Below, piece after piece: positions 30,323-40,855 of a DNA stretch of 64,000 nucleotides. Each line of letters starts with the position of its first letter. The stretch's first letter is position 1. Origin of the DNA: an uncultured Bacilli bacterium (GTDB lineage: Bacteria; Bacillota_I; Bacilli_A; RF39; UBA660); the NCBI GenBank assembly GCA_947629025.1, contig CANRCC010000002.1:5041-69040 (forward strand), in the 5' to 3' direction. The position numbers and the translations under genes are program-made. The notes below the pieces were generated by a model. The model worked only from the letters and a program-made list of their open reading frames with translations, was not told where the DNA came from and made no database searches.

Positions 30323-31210
30323 TTATTTAAATATATTAAAGAAAAACTTTGGTATTTTCATTATATAAAATATAAGTGCGATTGGTGATAAAATAATATA
30401 TAAAATCTTATTTTTATAACACTTAAACTTATTATGTATGTGCATTTTATTGCACCAAATTATATATAATATTGTCCATCCAACTTTCTTTTTAATATTT
30501 ATTGCAGTTTCTGAAGCAGATTTTAGTGATAATGAATATCCAATTGGATTATTTAATTTAAGAGTATTTGAATTATTACTATAACCATTTTTCTGATACT
30601 CACAGTAATAAAGTTTTTCCTTAATTAATAAAAATTTATATTTTTGGTCTATTTTATCAAAAACAACATTTTCATAAATAAATTTTTCATTTAGAATTTC
30701 TGGAAAAAGGTATTCCTTTAAAATTTTTGTTTTATATAATCTTAATGTATCACCTTTGAAATTGTATTTTTGATATAATTCAATTCCACTACAATATTTA
30801 ATGTTAGGTAAATTATTCCCTATAACCCTAGAAGTCTTCATATCAAATTTATTTCCTATAATTCCACATACAGTGTCTAAATTATCGATTTGTTTAATAT
30901 ATTTTTCTAAAGTAGATATAGTCTCATTTGATAAACAATCATCAGAATCTAGTATAAAAAAATAATCAGTTGTACATAACTTTACTGCTGCATTATAAGC
31001 ACGATGTTTTCCTCCATTTTGTTGATAATGATAAATGATTTCAAATGGCGATATATCCTTAATTTTATTAATCCATTTTTTTGTTGTATCTGTTGATCCA
31101 TCATCTACAACAAGCCACTTGAATTTTTTATTTGTTTGATTGCACAATGACTCATAAAGTCTTTTCAATAATTTTTCTCTATTATATGTCGGGGTAAAAA
31201 TTGTTATCAT
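30323..31210 (-). CDS. glycosyltransferase family 2
   Basis: MITIFTPTYNR, VVDDGSTD, NGGKHRA, LDSDD. Start at ATG 31210 after AGGAGG. Confidence 0.92.
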   Translation of the reverse strand: MITIFTPTYNREKLLKRLYESLCNQTNKKFKWLVVDDGSTDTTKKWINKIKDISPFEIIYHYQQNGGKHRAYNAAVKLCTTDYFFILDSDDCLSNETISTLEKYIKQIDNLDTVCGIIGNKFDMKTSRVIGNNLPNIKYCSGIELYQKYNFKGDTLRLYKTKILKEYLFPEILNEKFIYENVVFDKIDQKYKFLLIKEKLYYCEYQKNGYSNNSNTLKLNNPIGYSLSLKSASETAINIKKKVGWTILYIIWCNKMHIHNKFKCYKNKILYIILSPIALIFYIMKIPKFFFNIFK

Positions 31211-32307
31211 GTTATTTTTTCCTCCTTTATATATCGACCCATTATCATAAATATATATATATATATTTGCGTTTCTGCCCATAAACCAATATTTTCAAAA
31301 AATCCAATTGTAAAAACTGCCATTAATCCATATACTATTTCTTTTCGATTTAACACTATAATATTGTTTATTAAATATTTAAAATATAATATAAATGTTA
31401 TAATACCAAAATTATAATAGATTCCCATAAACCAATTATGGCAATTATTAATTAATCCTATATTAGTTGCATAATTTGTCCCTAAGCCAAACAAATAGCC
31501 AGATTTTGTAGTTTTAAATGCCTCTAAAATTGAATACCATAATTTTTCTCTTCCAGTATATAATCTTTTTTCCATAAATGGTATTGTAAAATTAATGTTA
31601 TTAATATACATATATACAATAATTAAAGGAACAAGTGCACCAATTATAGTCAATATATACAATATACTTTTTCTATATCTAAAAATTAATTTGCTAATGA
31701 TAGGAATATAACATAAAATTATATAAATTAGCATAGCTATCAATGCAGATCTACAATTAGTCATGTTTATACCATATATTGTTATAATAATTAAAATTAC
31801 TGATAAAATTCTCTTCTTATTGTCTTTCAACCAACTATGAATTACTACAAAGTTTATAAACAAAAATATTCCAACAGAATTTGGATTTACCTTAAACGTC
31901 ATATCTAAATATTGATTCCAAACATCAAAAGATAGCCAAAAATTATATAGATATATAATTGTACAAATAAGATATATAAATTTTATATGTTGCTTATTTG
32001 GTATTAATGTAGTAAATATAAGTATTCCCATTATAAAATTAAGAGAATTAATTAAACTTCCTAAACCACCTTTTGCAAAAATAATTGACAAAAGTAATAA
32101 TGATGATATGATAATTGAAAATGTAAAATTTTTAGAATTCAGTTTTAAATCTTTATAATTATTAAAAAATAAAATTAAAAACACGATAAAACTTACCAAT
32201 ATATTTAATAATAAACTAGAAATTGTAGGAATAATTATTGAAAATAATAACAATAAAAAATATAAATAAAACAAAACACTATTTATTTTTTCTTTTTTTA
32301 AACTCAT
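31207..32307 (-). CDS. wzy: polysaccharide polymerase (Wzy / O-antigen ligase family)
   Basis: About 10 TM; NPN, TNCRSA, YTGRE.LW, FGLG, HN.F...G motifs. Confidence 0.8.
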   Translation of the reverse strand: MSLKKEKINSVLFYLYFLLLLFSIIIPTISSLLLNILVSFIVFLILFFNNYKDLKLNSKNFTFSIIISSLLLLSIIFAKGGLGSLINSLNFIMGILIFTTLIPNKQHIKFIYLICTIIYLYNFWLSFDVWNQYLDMTFKVNPNSVGIFLFINFVVIHSWLKDNKKRILSVILIIITIYGINMTNCRSALIAMLIYIILCYIPIISKLIFRYRKSILYILTIIGALVPLIIVYMYINNINFTIPFMEKRLYTGREKLWYSILEAFKTTKSGYLFGLGTNYATNIGLINNCHNWFMGIYYNFGIITFILYFKYLINNIIVLNRKEIVYGLMAVFTIGFFENIGLWAETQIYIYIFMIMGRYIKEEKIT

Positions 32308-32311
32308 ATAA

Positions 32312-33277
32312 TCAGTCCCTTTCTATTTTTTTTAATAGTTGTAAGCTTCTATTTTCCCATGAACATATTGATTTATCATATGTAATATTGCTTTTATTTT
32401 TTATTTTTAGTTTTATTTTGTTAGCAATCTCATCTACATCTTCAACGTTTTTTATTATATCATTATAACCCACATTTTTCAAAATACTTAAAGCTCCAAT
32501 ATTTTTTGATATTAATATATCGCAGCCACAACTCAAAGCTTCAACAACTGAAAGTCCAAATGTTTCAAAAAAACTATTTTGAATATATAAATCTGACTGG
32601 CACATTTTACTTAGTACTTCATCATGGGATAATGATTCATAATAATCAACAAACGAATAATTTCTTATTTTATTACCATATTCCTCATCTTTTCCAATAA
32701 CAATAAATTTTAAATTTTTCTTATTTATTTTTTTTATTGCTTCACATAATATCAAATTATTTTTATTTTTAGAACCCCCACCTATAGAAATAATTGTAAA
32801 ATAATTAGAATCTTTTAGTATCTTGTTTGATATATTTCCAATTTGAACACCATTATTAACATATTCAAATTTTAATTTCAAATCAGGTAATTTAACTTTC
32901 ATGTATTTACAAAACATTTTTGAAACACATATTACTTTATTTACTTTACTTAATAGTTTATATTCAATTACTGATTTTTCAGTTGAATTGATTCCTTTTT
33001 TTTCTAATTCTTCTTTAACATATCCATGCATTATATAAATAGTCTTTTTATGAAAAATATTTGAAATTTTAATCATATAATAGTTTAATTTTGAAAAACC
33101 TGATACAACAATTATATTTCTAAATGGTAAATTTAAAATAAAATTGATTATTCTAGGAATTTTTTTATTATTAAAATAAAATACAGCTTTATCTTTTAAA
33201 TAAGGATAATATGACTTATTAACAATTGCTGGTCCAGTATTATTTATCATATCACCTATCCAATATATTTTTTTCAT
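32312..33277 (-). CDS. glycosyltransferase family 4
   Basis: ICVS, VNNGV, DLYIQNSFFETFGLSVVEALSCG (EX7E). Confidence 0.9.
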   Translation of the reverse strand: MKKIYWIGDMINNTGPAIVNKSYYPYLKDKAVFYFNNKKIPRIINFILNLPFRNIIVVSGFSKLNYYMIKISNIFHKKTIYIMHGYVKEELEKKGINSTEKSVIEYKLLSKVNKVICVSKMFCKYMKVKLPDLKLKFEYVNNGVQIGNISNKILKDSNYFTIISIGGGSKNKNNLILCEAIKKINKKNLKFIVIGKDEEYGNKIRNYSFVDYYESLSHDEVLSKMCQSDLYIQNSFFETFGLSVVEALSCGCDILISKNIGALSILKNVGYNDIIKNVEDVDEIANKIKLKIKNKSNITYDKSICSWENRSLQLLKKIERD

Positions 33278-34061
33278 TTTTTATATACTCCTTATAATCC
33301 TTAACACCATTAAACATATATTTAATAGCATTTAAAGTTGTAACATTATTAATATACAATGATTTTTTTCTAAAAGCAAATAGCAAAATTAATAATGGAT
33401 ATATTAAATTTGATATTCGATAAAAAACAGCTCCTTTTGAAAGAAAATATTCATAATTATAACCCTTAAACCATTTGGAATTATTCAGAAAATGTAGTTC
33501 TCCAATCTCGATAGGGACAAAATAAATTTTCATTTTTTTACGTAAGCAATCAGATAAAAATATATTTTCTTCTCCCATAAAATACTTACTACCAGAGCCA
33601 AAATTTTCATCAAATAATATGTTATTATTCTTTATGCTAGATGACTTTACTGTTAATTGAACAGATGATATTTTTAATGATTGAAAAAAATTAATTTTAG
33701 ATACTTTATATTTAATTTTCCTATTAATGTTTTTTACTATAAATGCAATTGCATCTGCATCATCATATTTTTCATATGCTGATATTATTTTACTTTCCAA
33801 ATCATCAACATATGACATATCATCATCTGAAAATAATAAAATTTCATCTGTACTATTTTTTAATGCTAAATTTCTACTTTTGCTTAAACCTCTGTCATTT
33901 ACAGAAATAATCTTGGAATTTTTATAAGAATCATTAGTAAGTTTTATTTTTTTATTTAATACCTGATTAACAATGACATAATTACATTTAATATTCATTT
34001 TTTCAATTTTTTTTATTGGATTAGAATCATTCATTATTGAAAGCAAAACTTGTAATCTCAT
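33252..34061 (-). CDS. glycosyltransferase family 2 / family A
   Basis: RGLSKSRNLAL, LFSDDD, FDENFGSG...GEE.IFL.D. Confidence 0.88.
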   Translation of the reverse strand: MRLQVLLSIMNDSNPIKKIEKMNIKCNYVIVNQVLNKKIKLTNDSYKNSKIISVNDRGLSKSRNLALKNSTDEILLFSDDDMSYVDDLESKIISAYEKYDDADAIAFIVKNINRKIKYKVSKINFFQSLKISSVQLTVKSSSIKNNNILFDENFGSGSKYFMGEENIFLSDCLRKKMKIYFVPIEIGELHFLNNSKWFKGYNYEYFLSKGAVFYRISNLIYPLLILLFAFRKKSLYINNVTTLNAIKYMFNGVKDYKEYIKNEKNILDR

Positions 34062-34092
34062 ATTATCACTTTCCTTTATAATTTTAAAATTA

Positions 34093-35034
34093 TTAAATTA
34101 AATCTCTTAAATTTATCAAATTTCCTAATTCAAGAGCAAAATCATCTGGTGTGATTTTTTGATAACCTGAAGCATGATAAAATGTTATTTCTCCAAAATA
34201 AATTTTGTTATCAAAACAATAAAAATCAATCCTTGCATGTGGATAACCTGCTGATAATTTTTCTGCATATTTTATCATTTTTGATATATTTTTTCCTCTT
34301 TCCTCAGTAATTGATTTCTTAATTGGATAATTAATTTGTACATTTCTTCTATAACCATCTCGTGTATATATATTTCTTTTATAACTTGAATTTTTTATAC
34401 CATTAACAACAGAATCATAGTCTACTGAAAAGCAGTGTACTTTTCCATTAAAGCAAAAAAATCTATAATCTACAGGTGGCACACCATTTGATGGTTTCAA
34501 TAATTCTTCACAAATTATCCTATTTTTTACTCCCTTGTATGCCCATTCTTTACCATATTTATAATAATCTGTCTTCATCCATAATTTAAATCTTCTTTTC
34601 ATTTTTCTTATTTCTTTTTTAGTTTTTGAAGTACATATATAATTAAAAGAACTACCATTTGTCAATTTTAAGATGAATTCGTTTGGCAATTTTGAAAAAT
34701 CAATATCATCAAAATTTTCCCATACACCATAATTTTTAGTTAATATATTATTTCCTATTTTTTGTTCAACAGTTTTTCTTACTTCATATTTATCAACATC
34801 TTTATGCATTTGATCATTATGATAATACAATTTAAGCCATTGAATCTTTTCATTAAATGTCTTTGGATTTTCAATATTTAACGATTTTCCAGTTCTTTTC
34901 TTATATTGTTTTTTTATATATTCCTCATCTGAATAAAAATTTGATACAAATGCATCAATGCGCATATGAAGAACTTTTAATTTTATACCTAGCCAATCCC
35001 ATTTTTTTATTATTTTTTTAATTTTTTTTATCAT
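34093..35034 (-). CDS. TupA-like ATP-grasp amidoligase
   Basis: NPKTFNEKIQWLKLY, DKYEVR, LPNEFILK..NGS, DYRFFCFNG, RIDFY, FGEITF. Confidence 0.92.
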   Translation of the reverse strand: MIKKIKKIIKKWDWLGIKLKVLHMRIDAFVSNFYSDEEYIKKQYKKRTGKSLNIENPKTFNEKIQWLKLYYHNDQMHKDVDKYEVRKTVEQKIGNNILTKNYGVWENFDDIDFSKLPNEFILKLTNGSSFNYICTSKTKKEIRKMKRRFKLWMKTDYYKYGKEWAYKGVKNRIICEELLKPSNGVPPVDYRFFCFNGKVHCFSVDYDSVVNGIKNSSYKRNIYTRDGYRRNVQINYPIKKSITEERGKNISKMIKYAEKLSAGYPHARIDFYCFDNKIYFGEITFYHASGYQKITPDDFALELGNLINLRDLI

Positions 35035-35035
35035 T

Positions 35036-35809
35036 TTATATCCTCCTTCTTAAAGCATTTATACAATAAAAGCAAAAATTATAAAAACTATAAAAAATAT
35101 TTAAATTTTCTACATTTCTATACAAATTCCATGTTCTTTTTAATGCTATTAATTTGTTAGATGATAGTGTTTTTTCTGATCTTCGATAAAAAGAAAGTAT
35201 TTCATTTATTCCATAAGCATAATCCACCTTTTTTAATACTTTCCACCAAGTTGCCGTGTCCTGACCTCGTCTTATATTGGGCATATAAATGTCTTTTTTT
35301 TCTATTTTATTCATATCAAACATAACAGTACTTGTCCAAATAGTTGTATTTTTTAAAGCTTGCTTATAATTAATCTTTTGTGGAACATAGACTTTTTTAC
35401 CTTTAGGGATTCCATTTTCGTCTGTAAACTCATAACCTGTAAATGAGAAAATACAATTATTTTTTTTCATAAAACTAAATTGTTTTTTTAATTTTTCTTT
35501 ATCCCATAAATCATCTGCATCTAAAAAACATATATATCTGCCATTAGCATTTTTTATTCCATTATTTCTAGTAATCGCAGCTCCTGAATTTTCTTTATTT
35601 AATAATAACTTAATCCTATCATCTTTACTTGCATATTTTTTTATAATATTGACACTATTATCATCCGAACAATCATCAATTAATAATAATTCCCAATTTT
35701 TGTATGTTTGGTTAACTACAGTTTTTATTGTATCTAATATATATTTTTCTGCATTATACACTGGAACAATTATGCTTATTAAATCCTTTTCTATAAATCT
35801 TTTCTCCAT
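35036..35809 (-). CDS. glycosyltransferase family 2 (TuaG-like)
   Basis: ISIIVPVYNA, IDDCS.D, FLDADDLW..EKL..Q, QD..W, LSSNK. Confidence 0.9.
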   Translation of the reverse strand: MEKRFIEKDLISIIVPVYNAEKYILDTIKTVVNQTYKNWELLLIDDCSDDNSVNIIKKYASKDDRIKLLLNKENSGAAITRNNGIKNANGRYICFLDADDLWDKEKLKKQFSFMKKNNCIFSFTGYEFTDENGIPKGKKVYVPQKINYKQALKNTTIWTSTVMFDMNKIEKKDIYMPNIRRGQDTATWWKVLKKVDYAYGINEILSFYRRSEKTLSSNKLIALKRTWNLYRNVENLNIFYSFYNFCFYCINALRRRI

Positions 35810-35826
35810 AATTTTTCTCCCACAAA

Positions 35827-35858
35827 AAAAATAAAATCTATCTTCAGATTTTATTTTA
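35827..35858 (-). terminator. terminator-like hairpin after priming transferase
   Basis: AAATAAAATCT-atcttc-AGATTTTATTT with flanking A/T runs. Confidence 0.5.
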
Positions 35859-35888
35859 TCATATATTGTGACATTTTTCTACATTAAT

Positions 35889-36602
35889 TCATTTATTTTG
35901 TTTTTTTAATGCCTCTATTTCTTCTTTGATACCCATTTTATTTATATAGGCATGTTCTTTTCTAAATACTGTTTTAATCGTTCTATATATTATTTTCATA
36001 TCAAGTATTAATGATATATCTCTAACATACATTAAATCAATATTTATTTTATCAATTATTGATATACCATTTCTTCCATTTACTTGAGCTAATCCAGTAA
36101 CACCAGGAAGAACATCACATCTATGTTTTTGAATTTCATTCATATTTTCATAATACTCTGGTATCCAAGGTCTTGGACCAACAAATGTCATCTCACCTTT
36201 AAATATATTTATTAATTGTGGTAATTCATCTAATGAAGTTTTTCTTAAAAATTTACCTACTTTAGTAAATTCATCTTCTTTACTAAAATCTCTAACATCA
36301 TTATTTATTTTCATTGATCTAAATTTAATCAATTTAAAGTTTTTACCATTTTTACCCGTTCTCTCTTGTTTAAAAAATATTGTATCCTTATCTCCTGATA
36401 ATATAAATAAAATTTTAATAATTATTGAAATTGGTAATAATAATATAAGCCCAATTGCACTTATTATAATATCGCAAAATCTTTTAAATATATTATAAAT
36501 ACTTTTTGATAACTTTTTTAAACTAACACCCTTAGAGTAACCTTTGTTATATAAATCTACATATGTATTATCATTAACTAATACTGCTTCATTATTATCC
36601 AT
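35889..36602 (-). CDS. priming (initiating) sugar transferase, Bac_transf family
   Basis: KRFCDI, FFKQERTG, KFRSM, LRKTSLDELPQLIN..KGEM.FVGPRP, PGVTGLAQVNGR. Confidence 0.94.
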   Translation of the reverse strand: MDNNEAVLVNDNTYVDLYNKGYSKGVSLKKLSKSIYNIFKRFCDIIISAIGLILLLPISIIIKILFILSGDKDTIFFKQERTGKNGKNFKLIKFRSMKINNDVRDFSKEDEFTKVGKFLRKTSLDELPQLINIFKGEMTFVGPRPWIPEYYENMNEIQKHRCDVLPGVTGLAQVNGRNGISIIDKINIDLMYVRDISLILDMKIIYRTIKTVFRKEHAYINKMGIKEEIEALKKQNK

Positions 36603-36782
36603 ATTTATAACTCCCCTCAAATTCGAGTTCATATTATAACATTAAAAATTATATTTTGCAAATATTTATATATAGAAAAAAATTCCAGTATGCACATAAA
36701 ACTATTTTTCTATCATATACACTAATAGTATATACTTTTTATAGGCAAAATGTCAATAAAAAATAATAATCAGTTTACACTA

Positions 36783-37949
36783 TTAATCCCTAACAAAAAT
36801 ATCTCTAGTGTATATTTTATCAATACTATCTTTTATTTCATCTTCTATTCTATTTGCAACAATTACATCACTCATCATTTTAAATTTTTCTAGATCATTT
36901 ACGATTTCAAAATTTTTATATGTATTTGAATTTAAAGTTGGTTCATATATTATTACTTTAAAATTCTTTTCATAAAGTATATTCATTATATCTTGTATTG
37001 CGCTTGCTCTAAAATTATCTGAATCTGATTTCATAGTTAATCTATATATTCCTATAGTATTAGGATTATTTTTAATAATCATATTAGCAATATGTTTTTT
37101 TCTAGTATCATTTGAACTAACAATAGCACTTATTATATCATTTGGTATATCTTTATAGTTTGCTAATAATTGTTTTGTATCTTTTGGTAAACAATATCCT
37201 CCATAACCAAAAGATGGATTATTATAATAATTACCTATTCTTGGATCTAAACAAATACCATCAATTATATCTTTAGTATTTAAATTATTAACTTCTGCAT
37301 ATGTATCTAATTCATTAAAAAATGCTACTCTAAGTGCAAGAAAAGTATTAGCAAATAATTTTATTGCTTCTGCTTCAGTAGAATCAGTAAACTTAATTTC
37401 AATATCTTTTTTTATTGCTCCTTCTTTAAGTAAATTTGCAAATTCTATTGCTCTATCACTTTTTTCTCCTACTATTATTCTAGATGGATATAAATTATCA
37501 TATAATGCTTTTCCTTCTCTTAAAAATTCTGGAGAAAACATTATATTATCAATATTATATTTTTCTTTTATATTTTTGATAAATCCAACAGGTATTGTTG
37601 ATTTTATAACAATTGTAGTATCTATTTTCATATCAATTATGTTTTTTATAACTTCTTCAACACTAGATGTGTCAAAAGAATTAGTAACATCATCATAATT
37701 AGTTGGTGTACTTACTATGATATATTTTGCATTAGTAAAAGCTTCCTTATAATCTAATGTTGCTCTTAAATTTAATTTTTTATTTTTAAGATAATCTTCT
37801 ATTTCTTTGTCCTTTATTGGTGAAATGTGATTATTAATCATATTTATTTTTTCTTCTACTATATCAAAGGCAACTACTTCATTATTTTGTGCTAATAATG
37901 TTGCTATCGATAATCCGACATATCCTGTTCCAGCTACTGCTACTTTCAT
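36783..37949 (-). CDS. ugd: UDP-glucose 6-dehydrogenase
   Basis: [27 protein letters not shown]. Confidence 0.95.
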   Translation of the reverse strand: MKVAVAGTGYVGLSIATLLAQNNEVVAFDIVEEKINMINNHISPIKDKEIEDYLKNKKLNLRATLDYKEAFTNAKYIIVSTPTNYDDVTNSFDTSSVEEVIKNIIDMKIDTTIVIKSTIPVGFIKNIKEKYNIDNIMFSPEFLREGKALYDNLYPSRIIVGEKSDRAIEFANLLKEGAIKKDIEIKFTDSTEAEAIKLFANTFLALRVAFFNELDTYAEVNNLNTKDIIDGICLDPRIGNYYNNPSFGYGGYCLPKDTKQLLANYKDIPNDIISAIVSSNDTRKKHIANMIIKNNPNTIGIYRLTMKSDSDNFRASAIQDIMNILYEKNFKVIIYEPTLNSNTYKNFEIVNDLEKFKMMSDVIVANRIEDEIKDSIDKIYTRDIFVRD

Positions 37950-38006
37950 AAAAAAACACCTCACAGTAGTTTATTATAGCATTAAATATTAACTGTATCA
38001 ATAAAA

Positions 38007-38615
38007 TTAATTACTTATTTTACAAGCATCAATAAATGCTTCTATTATTTTTTTACTATTTATATCATCTTGTATATCTTCTGGGTGCCATTGTAATCCT
38101 ATAAAAAATGTTTTTGATTTATCTTCAACTGATTCAATTATATTATCCTCGCTTAATGAACTTATACTTAAATTAGTATTTAAAACTTTATATCTATGCT
38201 TACTATTTACTAAAATACTATCTTTTTTTAATATATCTTTTAACTTTGTATTACTAATTATATTTATTTTATGTACATATTTCATTACACTTTTATGATT
38301 ATCATTTTCTATTTTTTCTATATTACCTGATATCATAGACATTTGCTGCATACCTAAACATATTCCTAGTGTTGGTTTATTTATATCTCTTAAATATTTT
38401 AATATATCTATATCATATTCATTTTCTATTTCTCCTCCTTGAAATATAAATCCATCTATATCATCAATAATATATTTTATATTATCAACTTTATCTGGCA
38501 TTATTCCAAGTATTAATACATTATATTTTTTTATATAATTTATTATATCTTCATCTATTTTATAAAAATCTTTATATTTTCTTAATATTATTCCTATTTT
38601 TAACACATTAATCAC
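38007..38615 (-). CDS. class I glutamine amidotransferase-like / peptidase C26 (PuuD-like)
   Basis: LGICLGMQ, VNS.H, GLQWHPE triad. Confidence 0.88.
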   Translation of the reverse strand: MINVLKIGIILRKYKDFYKIDEDIINYIKKYNVLILGIMPDKVDNIKYIIDDIDGFIFQGGEIENEYDIDILKYLRDINKPTLGICLGMQQMSMISGNIEKIENDNHKSVMKYVHKINIISNTKLKDILKKDSILVNSKHRYKVLNTNLSISSLSEDNIIESVEDKSKTFFIGLQWHPEDIQDDINSKKIIEAFIDACKISN

Positions 38616-38635
38616 CAGTATAATATATACTTACT

Positions 38636-38663
38636 TCATATTTTTTATTATTTTTAATATATT
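38636..38663 (+). promoter_or_regulatory. putative sigma-E type promoter
   Basis: TCATATT-N13-AATATATT upstream of the ylbJ-like gene. Confidence 0.35.
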
Positions 38664-38669
38664 TTAATA

Positions 38670-39581
38670 GTGATTAGAATGAAAAAATATATTAATTTAA
38701 TATTAGTATTATTATTTTTAACTCTTGAAATTTATTTACTTTGTGATTCTACTAAAGTAATTGATAGTTTTAATAAAACTCTTAATATATGTTTATATAC
38801 TCTTCTTCCTACTATGTTTGCATCTATTATATTTACTAGTATGCTTATTGAACTTGAGTTTGATAAATATATTCCTAAAGTAATAATTAATTTCTTTTCT
38901 AGAATATTTAATATATCTAATAAAGATGTAATTATATTTATATTATCTATTTTTAGTGGATACCCTAATAATTCTAGAATGCTTAATGGTAATAAAAACT
39001 TAAATAATTTAATTAATTTTACTTGTTTTATTAATCCTATATTTTTAATATGTACAATTGGTTATGTTTATCTAAAAGATATTAAGGTTACAATTATTAT
39101 AATGTTATGTCATTATATATCTTCTATTATAGTAGGTATTTTAATTAGGGATAAAGAAATAAAAAGTGATGATAATGTAGTAAATGACATAAAGAATACT
39201 AATTATTTAGATTCATATTTTAATATATTAAGAAATTCTATTAAGGCATTATGTAATATTTTTTCTAATATATTATTTTTCTCTTTATTATCTTCTCTTA
39301 TTTCTAATATAACTAACTTTAATAGTATTATAAATAGTATTGTTTTAGGTATATTAGAGTTTTCTAATGGTACTTATTTAATATCTTCTTTAGATTTAGA
39401 TATTTTTTATAGAGGTATGCTTATACTTATTATTATAACTTTTGGTAGTTTTAGTATACATATGCAGATGATTAGTGTTAATGAAAAAATAAAATACACT
39501 AGATTCTTAAAATATAGAATTCTTAGTGTATTTATATCTATTAGTTTTTATTTACTTTTTAGTGTACTATATATTCAATAA
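38670..39581 (+). CDS. sporulation integral membrane protein YlbJ/SpoVV-like
   Basis: LLPTMF, SIFSGYP, NPIFL..TIG, HY.S, GILEFSNG, FGSFSIHMQ match the YlbJ nucleoside-gate motifs. Confidence 0.8.
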   Translation: MIRMKKYINLILVLLFLTLEIYLLCDSTKVIDSFNKTLNICLYTLLPTMFASIIFTSMLIELEFDKYIPKVIINFFSRIFNISNKDVIIFILSIFSGYPNNSRMLNGNKNLNNLINFTCFINPIFLICTIGYVYLKDIKVTIIIMLCHYISSIIVGILIRDKEIKSDDNVVNDIKNTNYLDSYFNILRNSIKALCNIFSNILFFSLLSSLISNITNFNSIINSIVLGILEFSNGTYLISSLDLDIFYRGMLILIIITFGSFSIHMQMISVNEKIKYTRFLKYRILSVFISISFYLLFSVLYIQ

Positions 39582-40380
39582 TAGTATTAAAGTCTATTTG
39601 GGTTAAATATATAATCATTGTTGATAGTGCTAAATATGGTGCGAACGCTAATAGATTTGTTTTTTTAGTATGCATATTTATTATTGATAATGGAAGTGAT
39701 ATAAATGAAGATACAAATACAATTACTATTGATAATTTATATCCTACTATCATTGATACATAAAACATCATTTTTATGTCTCCTCCACCCATTGTATCTT
39801 CTTTAAATATTAAATTACCTATTAATCTTATAACATACATTATTGCAAACATAATTAAACCATCTAATACCATAAATAATAATTCATATCCTAAATCCAT
39901 ATATGTAAGAGATGTATCTAATTTATATGTTATATATATTTTTAATGGAATAAGTATTATAGAAAATAATATAAGTATTTCATTTGGAATAATCATATAT
40001 TTTATATCACATAACATTATTATTAATAAAGATGATATAAATAAACAAGAAAATATAATATTTAATAATTCTGGATATTTATCTTTAAATATTAAATAAC
40101 AAAGTACAAATAATATTGCAGTAAATATTTCAAATACTGGATATATAATAGATATTTTTTCCTTACAATATTTACATTTTCCTTTATTAATAATATAAAA
40201 TAATATTGGTGTTGTATCTATAATACCAAGTTCATGACCACAATTAGTACATTTTGATTTACTAAAAAATAATTCTTCTTTTTTAACAAGTCTATTTCCT
40301 ATTTTTGTAAAAAAAGAACCTAAATATAAACCTAGTATAAATAAAAATATTATATAAAATATATCAATCACTTTAATCAC
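39559..40380 (-). CDS. prepilin peptidase (A24A, ComC/PilD-like)
   Basis: GSF, SKCTNCGH, KGKCKYC, D...M.IP, MGGGDIK, AFAPYL. Confidence 0.92.
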   Translation of the reverse strand: MIKVIDIFYIIFLFILGLYLGSFFTKIGNRLVKKEELFFSKSKCTNCGHELGIIDTTPILFYIINKGKCKYCKEKISIIYPVFEIFTAILFVLCYLIFKDKYPELLNIIFSCLFISSLLIIMLCDIKYMIIPNEILILFSIILIPLKIYITYKLDTSLTYMDLGYELLFMVLDGLIMFAIMYVIRLIGNLIFKEDTMGGGDIKMMFYVSMIVGYKLSIVIVFVSSFISLPLSIINMHTKKTNLLAFAPYLALSTMIIYLTQIDFNTIIEYIVH

Positions 40381-40432
40381 CTAAAACTTCTGTATTATTA
40401 TCAAATAAATTATAACATATTTATATCATTTT

Positions 40433-40462
40433 ATAAACTTTTTTTTGGTATTTCATATAATA
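40433..40462 (+). promoter_or_regulatory. putative sigma-E/K type promoter
   Basis: ATAAAC...CATAtaaTA upstream of the yqfQ-like gene; AAGGAGG RBS. Confidence 0.4.
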
Positions 40463-40481
40463 TCAACAAGGAGGTATACCT

Positions 40482-40814
40482 ATGTTTAATCCAAATGCTG
40501 CATTTATACCACTTAGAACTTTAGCACCTGTCGCTAAAAAAACTTTTGACTGGGCAGCACTACTTACAAATACTCAAAAAACACTTAATATTGTTAATCA
40601 AGCAATACCAATTGTATACCAAGCAAAACCTATTATTAAAAATGCAAGAACTATGTTTAGAATTGCTAGTGAATTTACAAAGAGTAGTAATTCAAATAAT
40701 AGTTCTATTAATCAAAATACTACTAATAATAGTAATATTAACACTAATATATCTAATACTAATAGTAACTATAATTATGAATATGAAGATAATCAACCTA
40801 GTTTCTTTATATAA
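40482..40814 (+). CDS. VrrA/YqfQ family protein
   Basis: W..LLTNTQKTLNIVNQAIPIVYQAKPIIKNARTMFRI; low-complexity Asn tail ending P.FFI. Confidence 0.8.
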   Translation: MFNPNAAFIPLRTLAPVAKKTFDWAALLTNTQKTLNIVNQAIPIVYQAKPIIKNARTMFRIASEFTKSSNSNNSSINQNTTNNSNINTNISNTNSNYNYEYEDNQPSFFI

Positions 40815-40855
40815 AAAAAACACATAGTGTTTTTTAATTTTTAATTATTATATTT

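Noticed and set aside
40546-40827. Overlapping alternative-frame ORF in the yqfQ-like gene
   Set aside because: TTG start without an RBS; its hydrophobicity arises from the AAT-rich low-complexity tract.
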